NCBI GenBank assembly: GCA_041690295.1
Contig: JAWLHR010000025.1
Span: 1 to 39,787, forward strand
Direction of reading: 5' to 3'
Source of the DNA: Bdellovibrionales bacterium
Lineage (GTDB): Bacteria > Bdellovibrionota > Bdellovibrionia > Bdellovibrionales > UBA1609
Length of the DNA: 39,787 bases
Under the pieces are notes generated by a model. It saw only the letters and a program-made list of their open reading frames with translations. It did no database searches and was not told the DNA's origin. The position numbers and the translations under genes are program-made. Shown in pieces: positions 8,061 through 18,077 of the stretch. Within the stretch, counting starts at the first letter, position 1. Every line of letters starts with the position of its first letter.

Positions 8061-9236
8061 ATGAATTTGGCTTATATTCTGAGTGCGAAACGAACTCCGG
8101 TCGGATCTTTCCAAGGCGCGTTTTCATCAGTACCCGCGCCGAAATTAGGAGCAACGGCGATTGCCGCGGCGATCAAAGAGGCCAAAGTTCAAGCCAGTGA
8201 CGTCGAAGAATGCATCATGGGCCAAGTTTTGACCGCCGGCAGTGGCCAGGCTCCGGCCCGACAGGCCGCGATTTACGCCGGCCTTCCGGCCTCGGTCCCC
8301 TGCATGACCATCAACAAAGTTTGCGGCTCCGGTCTGAAAGCCGTCATGCTGGCCGCTGACAATATCGCTTTGGGATACACACATCTCGCTGTCGCGGGCG
8401 GTCAGGAAAATATGACTCTGGCTCCGCATCTTTTGGAAAATTCCCGCAGCGGTTACCGCATGGGACACACCACTTTGACCGACTCCATGATCAAAGACGG
8501 CCTGTGGGATCCCTACTCCAATTTCCACATGGGCAATGCGGCCGAGATTTGCGTGAAAGAATTTAAATTTTCCCGCGAAGCTCAGGATGAGTTCGCCATG
8601 GAAAGTTACCGAAGGGCGCAAAAAGCGGTTCAAGATGGATTGTTCAACGCTGAAATCGCGCCAGTTGAAGTCACTGTGAAAGGCGCGACGCAAGCCTTTG
8701 CTCAAGATGAGGAACCCGGCAAGGCCCGCTTTGATAAAATCCCGGGACTTCGACCCGCTTTTGAAAAAGACGGCACCATCACCGCGGCCAATGCCAGCAA
8801 AATCAATGATGGAGCCGCGGCCGTCGTTTTGGCTTCCGAGAAATACGTCAAAGACAAAGGATTGAAACCCATCGCCCGCGTGGTGGCCCATGGCACCTTC
8901 GCGCAAGACCCCAAGTGGTTCACAACCGCACCGGTCAACGCCATTAAGCGCGCTGTCGAACGGGCCAAGTTGAAAATTGAAGACATTGATCTTTTTGAGA
9001 TCAATGAAGCCTTCAGCGTGGTCACCATGGTCGCGATGAAGGAATTGAATATCCCGCACTCCAAAGTGAACGTGAACGGCGGAGCGGTCGCCATCGGTCA
9101 CCCAATCGGTGCGAGCGGCGCGCGCATCCTCACGACTCTGATCCACGCTCTTGGCCAACAAAAAAAGAAATACGGACTGGCCACCTTGTGCATCGGCGGC
9201 GGTGAAGGTGTGGCGATGGTCGTGGAGCGTCTCTAA
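8061..9236 (+). CDS. atoB: Acetyl-CoA C-acetyltransferase (thiolase)
   Basis: INKVCGSG catalytic Cys, NASKINDGAAA, EINEAF, GHPIGASG, LCIGGGEG. Confidence 0.96.
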   Translation: MNLAYILSAKRTPVGSFQGAFSSVPAPKLGATAIAAAIKEAKVQASDVEECIMGQVLTAGSGQAPARQAAIYAGLPASVPCMTINKVCGSGLKAVMLAADNIALGYTHLAVAGGQENMTLAPHLLENSRSGYRMGHTTLTDSMIKDGLWDPYSNFHMGNAAEICVKEFKFSREAQDEFAMESYRRAQKAVQDGLFNAEIAPVEVTVKGATQAFAQDEEPGKARFDKIPGLRPAFEKDGTITAANASKINDGAAAVVLASEKYVKDKGLKPIARVVAHGTFAQDPKWFTTAPVNAIKRAVERAKLKIEDIDLFEINEAFSVVTMVAMKELNIPHSKVNVNGGAVAIGHPIGASGARILTTLIHALGQQKKKYGLATLCIGGGEGVAMVVERL

Positions 9237-9257
9237 TTTAAAACGGGGGAAGGACAA

Positions 9258-9947
9258 ATGAATAAAGTCTACACGAACGCGGATGAGGCCATCGCCGGCG
9301 TGAAAGATGGCATGACTCTTCTTTTCGGCGGTTTCGGGCTTTGCGGATTGCCGGAAAACGCCATCGCGGCTTTGGCGAAAAGCGGCGTTAAGAATCTGAC
9401 TTGCGTCTCCAATAACGCCGGCGTCGATGGTTTCGGGATTGGCATTCTAATGGCCAAGGGCCAAGTCACGAAAATGATCGCCAGCTATGTGGGCGAAAAC
9501 AATCTTTTCGAGAAAATGTACCTTGAAGGCAAACTTGAGGTGGAGTTCACCCCGCAAGGCACGCTGGCCGAAAAACTTCGCGCCGGCGGCGCGGGAATCC
9601 CCGCGTTCTTCACTCCCACCGGTGTGGGAACAAAAGTGGCTGAAGGCAAGGAAGTGCGCGAGTTCGACGGACGACAGTACATCCTTGAGCGCTCCATCCG
9701 CGGTGACTTCGCCTTCGTGAAAGCCTGGAAAGGCGATAAGTTCGGCAATCTTGTTTTCCGCAAGACCGCGCGCAATTTCAATCCAGTGGTGGCGACGGCG
9801 GGTAAAATCACGGTGGCCGAAGTTGAGGAACTGGTGGAGATCGGCGAACTCGATCCGGATCAAATCCATTTACCCGGCGCTTACGTGCAACGGATCTTTA
9901 AAGGCCAGTTTGAAAAGCGCATCGAGAACTTAACTTTGTCGAATTGA
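9258..9947 (+). CDS. scoA: 3-oxoacid CoA-transferase subunit A
   Basis: GGFGLCGLPE, SNNAG, PQGTLAEKLRAGGAGIPAF, TARNFNP. Confidence 0.95.
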   Translation: MNKVYTNADEAIAGVKDGMTLLFGGFGLCGLPENAIAALAKSGVKNLTCVSNNAGVDGFGIGILMAKGQVTKMIASYVGENNLFEKMYLEGKLEVEFTPQGTLAEKLRAGGAGIPAFFTPTGVGTKVAEGKEVREFDGRQYILERSIRGDFAFVKAWKGDKFGNLVFRKTARNFNPVVATAGKITVAEVEELVEIGELDPDQIHLPGAYVQRIFKGQFEKRIENLTLSN

Positions 9948-9956
9948 GGTTTAAAC

Positions 9957-10613
9957 ATGTCGTTATTAACTCGAGATCAAATCGCCAAACGCATCGCCAG
10001 GGAAGTTGAAGACGGATTCGTGGTGAATTTAGGTATCGGCATGCCCACGCTGGTCGCCAACCACATCCCGTCCGACATGTTCGTTATGTTACAGAGTGAA
10101 AACGGATTACTGGGTATGGGTCCATTTCCGACGAAAGACCAAGTGGATCCGGACCTGATCAATGCCGGAAAACAAACCGTCACCACCCGTCCCGGCGCGA
10201 GCTTTTTTAGTTCGGCTGACAGCTTCGCCATGATCCGCGGCGGTCACGTGGACCTCACCGTTCTGGGTGCGATGGAAGTCGACCAGGAAGGCAATATCGC
10301 CAATTGGATGGTCCCGGGCAAAATGGTGAAAGGCATGGGTGGAGCCATGGATCTCGTCGCCGGCGCCAAGCGGGTGATCGTGGCCATGCAACACACGGAT
10401 AAATCCGGACGATCCAAGTTACTTAAAAAATGCACTTTGCCTCTGACCGGACTCAAATGCGTGCACCGGATCGTGACGGACATGGCAGTGATCGATGTGA
10501 CTAAAGACGGGTTTGTCTTGAAAGAGTTCGCTCCCGGATTAACTCCGGAAGACGTGGTTAAAGCCACCGACGCGCCATTGAGAATCGATCCCGAGGTCAA
10601 GCCGATCAGCTAG
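9957..10613 (+). CDS. scoB: 3-oxoacid CoA-transferase subunit B
   Basis: VNLGIGMPT, catalytic [22 protein letters not shown]. Confidence 0.95.
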   Translation: MSLLTRDQIAKRIAREVEDGFVVNLGIGMPTLVANHIPSDMFVMLQSENGLLGMGPFPTKDQVDPDLINAGKQTVTTRPGASFFSSADSFAMIRGGHVDLTVLGAMEVDQEGNIANWMVPGKMVKGMGGAMDLVAGAKRVIVAMQHTDKSGRSKLLKKCTLPLTGLKCVHRIVTDMAVIDVTKDGFVLKEFAPGLTPEDVVKATDAPLRIDPEVKPIS

Positions 10614-10682
10614 TCGTCTGACTTTAGTGCTGTTGAACCGCTCTGCGTCTCAACCGATAATAATGTATTGAGGTGACGCAGA

Positions 10683-11678
10683 ATGGCCGCCGGCGGAGTT
10701 AAAAAACTCGCGAAAAACGACATTTTATTTCGAGAAGGTGATCCGAGCGATGCCATGTACGTGATCAAGTCGGGCCGCATTGCGATCACCAAAGCCAAAG
10801 GCAGCGGTGAAATCATTCTCGCGGAAAAAGCCAGCGGCGAAATGCTTGGCGAAATGGCGTTTTTCGATAACAAACCGCGAAGCGCCGGCGCCAAAGCCCT
10901 GGTTGATACCGAAGTCATTCAACTCCCCTTCACCGCGCTTCACGCCCAGTTCAAAACTTTCCCCGAGTGGCTGAAAGCCATGGTGAAAACCATCAACGGC
11001 CAGTTGCGGGACGCCAACACTCGCATCAAAAACCTCGAAGCGGCGACTTCCGGCGAAGAAGAAATGTTCCCACCGCACCTGGTGACCCGCCTGTGCGCGA
11101 TCATCAGCCTGATTGGCTTCAAGTGCGGTGAAAAAACCGAAAACGGGTTGGTGGTTCCCTATTCCGTTTTGCGTGAGTACTGCATTCAGATCTTCCAGCA
11201 GCCCACGAATAAGCTGGACAAAATCATGGAAGTGCTTCAGGCGCTGAACATCATGAAAGTGGAAGATCTGGGCGAAGGCAAAAAACGGATCACCATTATC
11301 AATCACAAGCTGCTCACCGACTTCACCGATTGGTACAACCGCTATCTCTTCACCGAGCAGGCCAAACGCGTCACCATCGAAGAAAAAGAAATGCCCACGC
11401 TGCGCGCCCTGGCTTTTTATGGCAAAAAGCAAACTCCCGACGACAAGGGAATTGTGAAGGTCAACCTGACCGATATGCAAAACAACTCCATGAAGGATTT
11501 GAACTTCCTCTTTAGCGTCAACGACGCCGACTCGCTCGCCGAAAAAGGCCTGGTTCAGGAAAAGCAGTCCGAACAAGGCGGAACCCTGTCGATGAAGTTC
11601 AAATTGGCGGACGTTGAAAACGTCCTTCCCTACTGGGAAATCATTTACACCCTTAAGAAAGTTCCCGCGCGACGGTGA
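10683..11678 (+). CDS. Cyclic-nucleotide-binding (Crp/Fnr-type N-domain) protein
   Basis: LFREGDPSDAMYVIKSG and phosphate-binding cassette GEMAFFDNKPRSA; long C-terminal region of unknown fold; SD GAGGTG. Confidence 0.88.
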   Translation: MAAGGVKKLAKNDILFREGDPSDAMYVIKSGRIAITKAKGSGEIILAEKASGEMLGEMAFFDNKPRSAGAKALVDTEVIQLPFTALHAQFKTFPEWLKAMVKTINGQLRDANTRIKNLEAATSGEEEMFPPHLVTRLCAIISLIGFKCGEKTENGLVVPYSVLREYCIQIFQQPTNKLDKIMEVLQALNIMKVEDLGEGKKRITIINHKLLTDFTDWYNRYLFTEQAKRVTIEEKEMPTLRALAFYGKKQTPDDKGIVKVNLTDMQNNSMKDLNFLFSVNDADSLAEKGLVQEKQSEQGGTLSMKFKLADVENVLPYWEIIYTLKKVPARR

Positions 11679-11684
11679 TCGCGA

Positions 11685-13169
11685 TTAAACCTTGGGGATA
11701 TTTTTACGGCTGCGTAAGGGCAGTTCTTCGTCTCTCACTTCTCCGCCCTCGCGCGTGATGGTGTAAACGCGGATGCTGTTGGTTTTGGCTCTTTGTTGAA
11801 CCGGAGTACCGAGGGTGACGACCACACGATCCCCTTTTCCCACCAAACCGAATTTCACTAATAGATCTTCGATCTGCACCAGCGCGTCTTCGCTGGTCTG
11901 ATAGGGTTTGATCCGGTGGGTTTGAATGCCCCAGACAAGTTCCAGGCGATTGGCCGCGTCCGCATGACTGGTGAACGCCACAATGGGCACCCGCGGACGG
12001 GAACCGGCGATCAGCGTCGCGGTTTTTCCGGTGGTGGTCAAACAGGCAATGGCCTTGGCATCTACTTTCAAAGCCGTCAAAGTCGCGGCGACCGCGATCG
12101 CATCCGGAACTTCGAGGGATTCATCTTCCACCGAAATATTCCAGTAAAGATCGGACGATTTTTCCACCTCGGTGATGATCTCGTGCATGGTCTGAATGCA
12201 ACGAAAGGGATATTTTCCGCTGGCGGTTTCGGCCGAAAGCATGAGCGCATCGGATCCATCGATCACCGCATTGGCCACATCGGTGATTTCCGCTCGTGTC
12301 GGGCGCGGATTTTCAACCATGCTGTCCAACATCTGGGTGGCGGTGATGACCGGTTTGTTCAGCGCATTGGCCAATCGGATGATTCTCTTCTGCATGGCCG
12401 GCAAATGACTTTGCCCGACTTCCACCGCCAAATCCCCGCGGGCCACCATGACCGCATCACTGAGCGTGATGATCTCTTCCAGGTTTTCCAAAGCCTCAAG
12501 CATTTCAATCTTGGCCACGATTCGCGTTCCCGGCCTTTGCTTATTGATCAATTGCCTGAGCTTGGCGATGTCCCGACCCTGGCGAACGAAACTCAACGCA
12601 ACATAATCGACATTTTTCTTTAATCCGAATTGAAGATCCACCAGATCCTTTTCCGTGAGGGCCTCCACGGGAAGAGACGCGCCGGGCACATTCATGCCTT
12701 TGCGGTCCTTTAATATTCCGCCATAAATCACCACGGCTTCCACCGTTGACGCCGTTTTGGATGTCACGCGAAGTTCAATGAGTCCATCATCGAGCAGGAT
12801 TTTTTGACCGGCATCCACGGTTTGAGGCAATGATTTTAAATCCGTGGGAATCAATCCCGGTTGGCCCACCACGTCCTCGGTGGTGATCAGGACCTTTTCG
12901 CCTTCGGCCAATTCGATTTGACCATTTTCGAACTTCCCCACGCGAATTTTCGGTCCCTGCAGATCCTGCAAGATTGAAATTGGCGCGTCGTACTCGCGCG
13001 CCAATTCCCGCACGTGATCGATCACCGAAGCGTGAACCTCGTGCGTTCCATGGGAAAAATTCAAGCGTGTGACGTTTAATCCCGCCAAGAGGGCTTTTTC
13101 CAAACCCTCCCGCGATTGAATGGCCGGCCCGACGGTGGCCACGATTTTGACCCGACGTTCAGATAACAT
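11685..13169 (-). CDS. pyk: Pyruvate kinase
   Basis: KIVATVGP, RLNFSHG, DLQGPKIR, AKIE, MVARGDL, ATQMLDSM, PTRAE. Confidence 0.98.
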   Translation of the reverse strand: MLSERRVKIVATVGPAIQSREGLEKALLAGLNVTRLNFSHGTHEVHASVIDHVRELAREYDAPISILQDLQGPKIRVGKFENGQIELAEGEKVLITTEDVVGQPGLIPTDLKSLPQTVDAGQKILLDDGLIELRVTSKTASTVEAVVIYGGILKDRKGMNVPGASLPVEALTEKDLVDLQFGLKKNVDYVALSFVRQGRDIAKLRQLINKQRPGTRIVAKIEMLEALENLEEIITLSDAVMVARGDLAVEVGQSHLPAMQKRIIRLANALNKPVITATQMLDSMVENPRPTRAEITDVANAVIDGSDALMLSAETASGKYPFRCIQTMHEIITEVEKSSDLYWNISVEDESLEVPDAIAVAATLTALKVDAKAIACLTTTGKTATLIAGSRPRVPIVAFTSHADAANRLELVWGIQTHRIKPYQTSEDALVQIEDLLVKFGLVGKGDRVVVTLGTPVQQRAKTNSIRVYTITREGGEVRDEELPLRSRKNIPKV

Positions 13170-13174
13170 GCGCT

Positions 13175-14842
13175 TTATGTTTTCTTCATCTCAGTGATGA
13201 TCTGGTCCATTCGTTCCTCATGGCGCCGGTTCACCGTGCGAATTTCATTGGCGTGCTGGTTCTGCGCCTGCCGCATTTGTTCCTTATTCTTCGCATCCAG
13301 CTGATCCAGCTCGCGTTGATGGGCTCGCCGCAACTCGGCCACCGTGCGTTTCAGATTTTCTTCGCCCTGCTTTCGCACTCGCAACAACTGGTCATTTAAA
13401 GCTTTAATCTGATTTTCATATTTTTGCACGACTTGTGCCATGCGTTCAGTGTGTTGAACTTCCTGCTTGCGCATCTGCTCGTGCACGCGGCGAATCGCCT
13501 GATTTTTTTCTTCCTCCAGCGTTTCCCGGATGGCTTTCATTTCATTGCGGCGTTGTTCCTGGCTGAGGGCCTGATTCTCCGCCTGATTCTCCATGAGTCG
13601 GGATTTTTCCGCGTTCGTTTCTTCCAAAATTTTCTGCACCCTTAAATCCGCATGGATCTTGGCCTGATCATTGCGCGCATCAAAATCCCCTTTGATGTTC
13701 TGATAGGCTTCACGATTGATGCGGTTTTGCTCGGCCATGCGCTCAAGGTAGAAGCGGTTGGTTTTGGCCAGCTGATCGCCAAGCTCTTTACGGACCTTGA
13801 GGACATCTTGGCGATTCTGTTTTTTGAACTCGTCGACCGCCTCATCGCGCTGGCGCTGCAGGTCTTCGACATTGTCCTGCATGGCCCTTCGTATATTGTT
13901 CAGTTCCCGGTTTTGCTGCTGGCGCAAACGGGTTTCGTTACGGATTTTATCTTCCTCAAGGGTTTGTTTTTCAACTTCCAAGCGGCGAATGTGGTCTTCG
14001 ACCCGGTCCACGGCGGAGGATTTCAACTGCTCCGACGCCATATGATTGGCTTGCCGTTCTTTTTGCAAGGCGCGCTCATAACGGCGGCGAGTGTCATCAA
14101 GTCCCGTTTTAAATCCTTCGCGAAGGACGTCTTCGGATTCATTTCGCAGTTCGCGCTCTTTTTGAACGCTACGGATGAGATTATTCGAAGCCCTTTGCTT
14201 GTCTTTGAGGTGCCGGGTTTCCTGCGAACGGAATTTTTCGTTCGAGTGTTCACGCAGTTCACGGTATTGCTTTTGCAACTTGTTAACGGTCTCGTCTCGA
14301 TCGGCTTTGACTGAAGCCAGTTCGCGTTTGTATTTGGCTTCTTGCTTTTCATGAGTCTCCGAACGCGCCCGATCCTGAGCCTCGCGGGCTTCTTGCATGC
14401 TTTCCCGGTAGCTTTGATCTTTCTCGCTCAGGGTTTTGTTGAAATCCTGAGTCAGTTTTTCAATCCGGTCTTCATTTCGATCCCGCTGCCGTTGAATTTC
14501 GTTGGCGGTGGTCTCCCGCAGGAGTTCCTGACGGCGCTGAGCCTCATCGGCGGAATTTTGCATTTGCCGCCGATACATCTCGCGCAGCTCCTCCACCTCT
14601 TGACGGTAGCGATGATCGCGCGCCGAGATCGCGTCGCGGGAGAGTTGTTGCAGTTGCTGCATCTGCTGCTGGTGGGATTCTTTGAGCCGCTGCACTTCCG
14701 CGTTGTGCTTTTCCTGGATTCGGCGCAATTCCCGCTGATGCCGTTTCACCAATTCGCTTTCTTTTTGCTGATAATCCTCGCGGTTACGGCGAACAACTTC
14801 GTCACTGCGACTGGATGAGTCCGAACTGCCGACGGACGACAT
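13175..14842 (-). CDS. Long Q/R/E-rich coiled-coil protein
   Basis: Strong SD CAGGAGG before ATG 14842; 555 aa, almost entirely charged helical sequence; Ser-rich N-terminus. Confidence 0.85.
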   Translation of the reverse strand: MSSVGSSDSSSRSDEVVRRNREDYQQKESELVKRHQRELRRIQEKHNAEVQRLKESHQQQMQQLQQLSRDAISARDHRYRQEVEELREMYRRQMQNSADEAQRRQELLRETTANEIQRQRDRNEDRIEKLTQDFNKTLSEKDQSYRESMQEAREAQDRARSETHEKQEAKYKRELASVKADRDETVNKLQKQYRELREHSNEKFRSQETRHLKDKQRASNNLIRSVQKERELRNESEDVLREGFKTGLDDTRRRYERALQKERQANHMASEQLKSSAVDRVEDHIRRLEVEKQTLEEDKIRNETRLRQQQNRELNNIRRAMQDNVEDLQRQRDEAVDEFKKQNRQDVLKVRKELGDQLAKTNRFYLERMAEQNRINREAYQNIKGDFDARNDQAKIHADLRVQKILEETNAEKSRLMENQAENQALSQEQRRNEMKAIRETLEEEKNQAIRRVHEQMRKQEVQHTERMAQVVQKYENQIKALNDQLLRVRKQGEENLKRTVAELRRAHQRELDQLDAKNKEQMRQAQNQHANEIRTVNRRHEERMDQIITEMKKT

Positions 14843-14928
14843 TTGCTTTCCTCCTGAAAACAAGAACTTTGCAGATTCAGCATAACATAGAATGGGCCGG
14901 CGCTATCCTGGGCTCGACCTGTCCTGGC

Positions 14929-15624
14929 CTATTGTTCGAGATAATTTTTTTGGCGAAAGAGGCGGCGCAGTTCCGCCTCTTCCTTCAGTCGGGCTTCACG
15001 CCGTTCGCGGGCCTTTTTCCGCTCGGCCTCAAAGCTGGCCAAGGCGCGTCCGGCATAGTCCTGGTGCAATAGAGTGGCGGCTTCAACGGCTTCCAACCAA
15101 TCCTTGCGGAACTCGATCAACGTCGATCGGAATTCCTTTACATCCCCGGGAAAAAGTCGGGCCCAGGTGCGAACCGTGTCGGCCCACGGGAGACTTTGCG
15201 GAAACTCAAGCTCCGCCACACCCTTGGAATTCACCCTGGAAATTTTGAGTCGCATACCCGCCGGCAAAGCCAAGGTCCGATCCTCACCGGTTCGACGGAT
15301 TAAGACGCGGCCATGGAGATTTTTGATTTCCACTTCACCCCGCTTGCGCTCAATCAAGGCGCGGCAGGAACTCTCGCAGGTCATCAGATTGAACGGCGTT
15401 TGCAGTGTGACGGCGTCATTGGCGTCCAGATAAACCAAACCCTGCACGACATGCAGGACGTCCTCACGTCGCTCGACAATGGCGCCGCGATCCAGAATCA
15501 ATCGAGTGCCCTCTGAGACTTGGATCGTTTCGCGTTTGTTTTCGGAGTAATGAACCCGATCGGCGTGGACCTGAACATCCAAGCAAAAAGCGCTGAGCAA
15601 AATCAGAAGGCGTAGCGGCTTCAT
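14929..15624 (-). CDS. Exported hypothetical protein (FecR-like beta region, helical C-terminus)
   Basis: Signal-peptide-like N-terminus; VVQGLVYL / LHGRVLI strands are FecR-like; 4-bp overlap with the upstream TPR gene. Confidence 0.7.
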   Translation of the reverse strand: MKPLRLLILLSAFCLDVQVHADRVHYSENKRETIQVSEGTRLILDRGAIVERREDVLHVVQGLVYLDANDAVTLQTPFNLMTCESSCRALIERKRGEVEIKNLHGRVLIRRTGEDRTLALPAGMRLKISRVNSKGVAELEFPQSLPWADTVRTWARLFPGDVKEFRSTLIEFRKDWLEAVEAATLLHQDYAGRALASFEAERKKARERREARLKEEAELRRLFRQKNYLEQ

Positions 15625-16313
15625 AGATCCATTCCGCGCATGGAAGCCCGCGCTTGAGAGGCCACATCCCGTTGCGGGAAGGTTCTTAAAACCGTGCGAA
15701 AAATTTCAACCGCCTCTTCGGCGCGATTGCGCATTTGATAGATGCGGCCCAGGCGGATCATGGCGAATCCGGTCAATTCATGGCCGGGGAAAAGTTCGAT
15801 CATCTCCTCGATCACCGCGACACTGTCTTCCAGTTCGTTGGCGCGAAAATGGGATTCCGCGAGAAGGAAATAACTTTCCACCACATGGGGGCTGAATCCG
15901 AACCGATCGATCAATTGCTTGAAGGCCCTTTGGGCTCGGGCGAATTCACCTTTGCGATAATAATCCTTGCCCTTTTCAAAAAGCGTTTTGGCGATGGTCA
16001 TGCGGATTTCAGTGGCATCGATTTTGGTGACGGTGCTGGCGAGACTGCGGTACGGATAACCTTTTTCACCTTGACCTTTCCGCTGCAAAACCTCGGGCAT
16101 CAAAGTGGCTACGTGCTGACGGAACTCAAAAAAGTGCTCTTGCTCCAGCCGCAACTGCAGTTTGGTGCGTTTGATTTCTTCGCGCGCTTTTTCGAGCCGG
16201 ACTTGATATTCCCCGACGCCATTATGAATTTCACGAACGGCCGCATAGAGCTGCATCCAGCAAATGGTTAGAATCAGCGTCAAAGACGTGAAATGAGAAA
16301 GGTTCATGGCCAT
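15621..16313 (-). CDS. Membrane-anchored coiled-coil + TPR protein (CpoB/BamD-like repeats)
   Basis: N-terminal hydrophobic segment, coiled coil, three TPRs (LFEKGKDYY, SYFLLAESHF, AMIRLGRIY) ending in FP/FG turns. Confidence 0.85.
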   Translation of the reverse strand: MAMNLSHFTSLTLILTICWMQLYAAVREIHNGVGEYQVRLEKAREEIKRTKLQLRLEQEHFFEFRQHVATLMPEVLQRKGQGEKGYPYRSLASTVTKIDATEIRMTIAKTLFEKGKDYYRKGEFARAQRAFKQLIDRFGFSPHVVESYFLLAESHFRANELEDSVAVIEEMIELFPGHELTGFAMIRLGRIYQMRNRAEEAVEIFRTVLRTFPQRDVASQARASMRGMDL

Positions 16314-16360
16314 TATCCTTAACGGCCTTTTTCACTTGAAAATTGAGCGACTTAGCCTGA

Positions 16361-18070
16361 TTACATGGCCTCGGGAAGCTCGATATTGAGAATTCCCAAG
16401 CCTTCCTTGATCACCGCATGAACGATCGCGACCAAGGTCATGCGCGAAGCCTCGACTTCAGGGCTTTCACCCAGAATCCGGCAGTTGGTGTAGAACTGGC
16501 CGAAGCGATGACAAACGTCCAGGAGATAACCCGCCAAAATGTGCGGTTTGAAAAGGCGGAACGCGTTGGCCAGCGTGTCCTCGTAAGCCAAAAGCGTGCG
16601 CACGAGTTCTTTTTCTTCAGGCGCTTCCAAGAGTGTCGTCGGAACCTTTTCCACCGGGCGGCCGTATTTTCGCATCAAACTCGCGCAGCGCACGCCACAG
16701 TATTGAACGTAGGGTCCGCTATCACCTTCGAAATCCAGCGCCCGATCCCAATCGAAATCCACGTTTTTCACGCGATCGTTCACCAGGTCGTTGAAAATCA
16801 CGGCGCCGATGCCGACTTTTTTCGCCACCTTTTCCCTCTCCGGCAGATCGGGATTTTTCTTGGCGATGATCTCACTCACCAGCTCAACCGCTTGTTTTAA
16901 AACGTCCTCAAGAAAAATCGCATTGCCTTTGCGGGTCGAGATCTTGCCCTCTTTGAACCGGTACATACCGAAGGCGATGTGATGGCATTGGTTCGCCCAA
17001 GGGTACCCCATTTTCTCAAGCACCTTGAAAACCTGGCGGAAGTGCAGCGTCTGGTCCACGCCGACTACATAGAGATTCAAGTCCGCTTTTAATTCTTCCA
17101 TCCGGTAAATCGCGCTCGCCAAATCCCTCGTGGCGTAAAGCGAGGCGCCGTCGGATTTTCGAATCAAACAGGGCGGCATCCCATATTCGTCGAGACGGAC
17201 GACCATCGCCCCTTCCGATTCTTCAAGAAGGCCTTTCTTCTCCAACTCATCTTCAACGGCCTTCAAACGATCGTTGTAAAAGGATTCTCCCCGCACCAGA
17301 TCGTGTTTCACTCCCAACTCATCCCAAATGCGCTGGTAATCGGCGAGTGAGATGTCCACGAACTTTTTCCACAGAGCCACGACTTGCGGATCGTTCTCTT
17401 CCAAACGTTTGAACACCTTGGAACCCTCGGCATCCAACTGCGGGTTTTTCTCCGCTTCTTCATGGAAACGCACGTAAAGGGCGTAAAGGGATTCGAACGG
17501 TTTTTCTTCAAACGGGTACTCATGGCCCCAGTTCATATAGGCCCAGGCGAGTTTACCGAATTGAACGCCCCAATCCCCCAAATGATTGAGGCCGATCACC
17601 TCGTAGCCTTGGGATCGGGCGAGATTCACGATCGCCTGTCCAATCACGGTGGCCCGCAAGTGACCGATGTGCATGGGCTTGGCCACGTTCGGCGAAGAAA
17701 AATCAATGACGAGTTTTTTCCCCCGCCCCGATTGGCCAAAACCGATGCGGCCCACCTGACCGAGTACACTTTCACTGAGAACTTCTTGTACGAACTCGGT
17801 TTTAAACGTGAAGTTGATGAATCCACTGACGCTTTGAACGGAACTCAACTCGGGCGGCATCTGCGCCGACATTTGCGCCGCGAGTTCCTGAGCGAGCTGA
17901 GGCGGTGGACGTTTGGCCACTTTGGACCAGGCGAAAACCGGAAGGGATAAATGCCCGTGACCCGATTGCTTCGGGCTTTCAAGAAGTCCGGTAATCTCCT
18001 CTGGGCTTCGGTTCAACAAGCCGCTGTAATTTTGACTGATAATGGCACGTAGACGGGAAAGCATCCCCAC
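16361..18070 (-). CDS. argS: Arginine--tRNA ligase
   Basis: DFSSPNVAKPMHIGHLRAT (HIGH), NHLGDWG, KISTRKG, GPYVQY, DALR domain. Start GTG 18070 or ATG 18064. Confidence 0.98.
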   Translation of the reverse strand: MGMLSRLRAIISQNYSGLLNRSPEEITGLLESPKQSGHGHLSLPVFAWSKVAKRPPPQLAQELAAQMSAQMPPELSSVQSVSGFINFTFKTEFVQEVLSESVLGQVGRIGFGQSGRGKKLVIDFSSPNVAKPMHIGHLRATVIGQAIVNLARSQGYEVIGLNHLGDWGVQFGKLAWAYMNWGHEYPFEEKPFESLYALYVRFHEEAEKNPQLDAEGSKVFKRLEENDPQVVALWKKFVDISLADYQRIWDELGVKHDLVRGESFYNDRLKAVEDELEKKGLLEESEGAMVVRLDEYGMPPCLIRKSDGASLYATRDLASAIYRMEELKADLNLYVVGVDQTLHFRQVFKVLEKMGYPWANQCHHIAFGMYRFKEGKISTRKGNAIFLEDVLKQAVELVSEIIAKKNPDLPEREKVAKKVGIGAVIFNDLVNDRVKNVDFDWDRALDFEGDSGPYVQYCGVRCASLMRKYGRPVEKVPTTLLEAPEEKELVRTLLAYEDTLANAFRLFKPHILAGYLLDVCHRFGQFYTNCRILGESPEVEASRMTLVAIVHAVIKEGLGILNIELPEAM

Positions 18071-18077
18071 GAAATTA

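Noticed and set aside
8145..9257. Long antisense ORFs (also 1691-2368, 4080-4754, 10725-11576, 11916-12623, 35468-36280, 37329-38294)
   Set aside because: They shadow well-conserved genes on the opposite strand and show no recognisable motifs; expected from codon bias.
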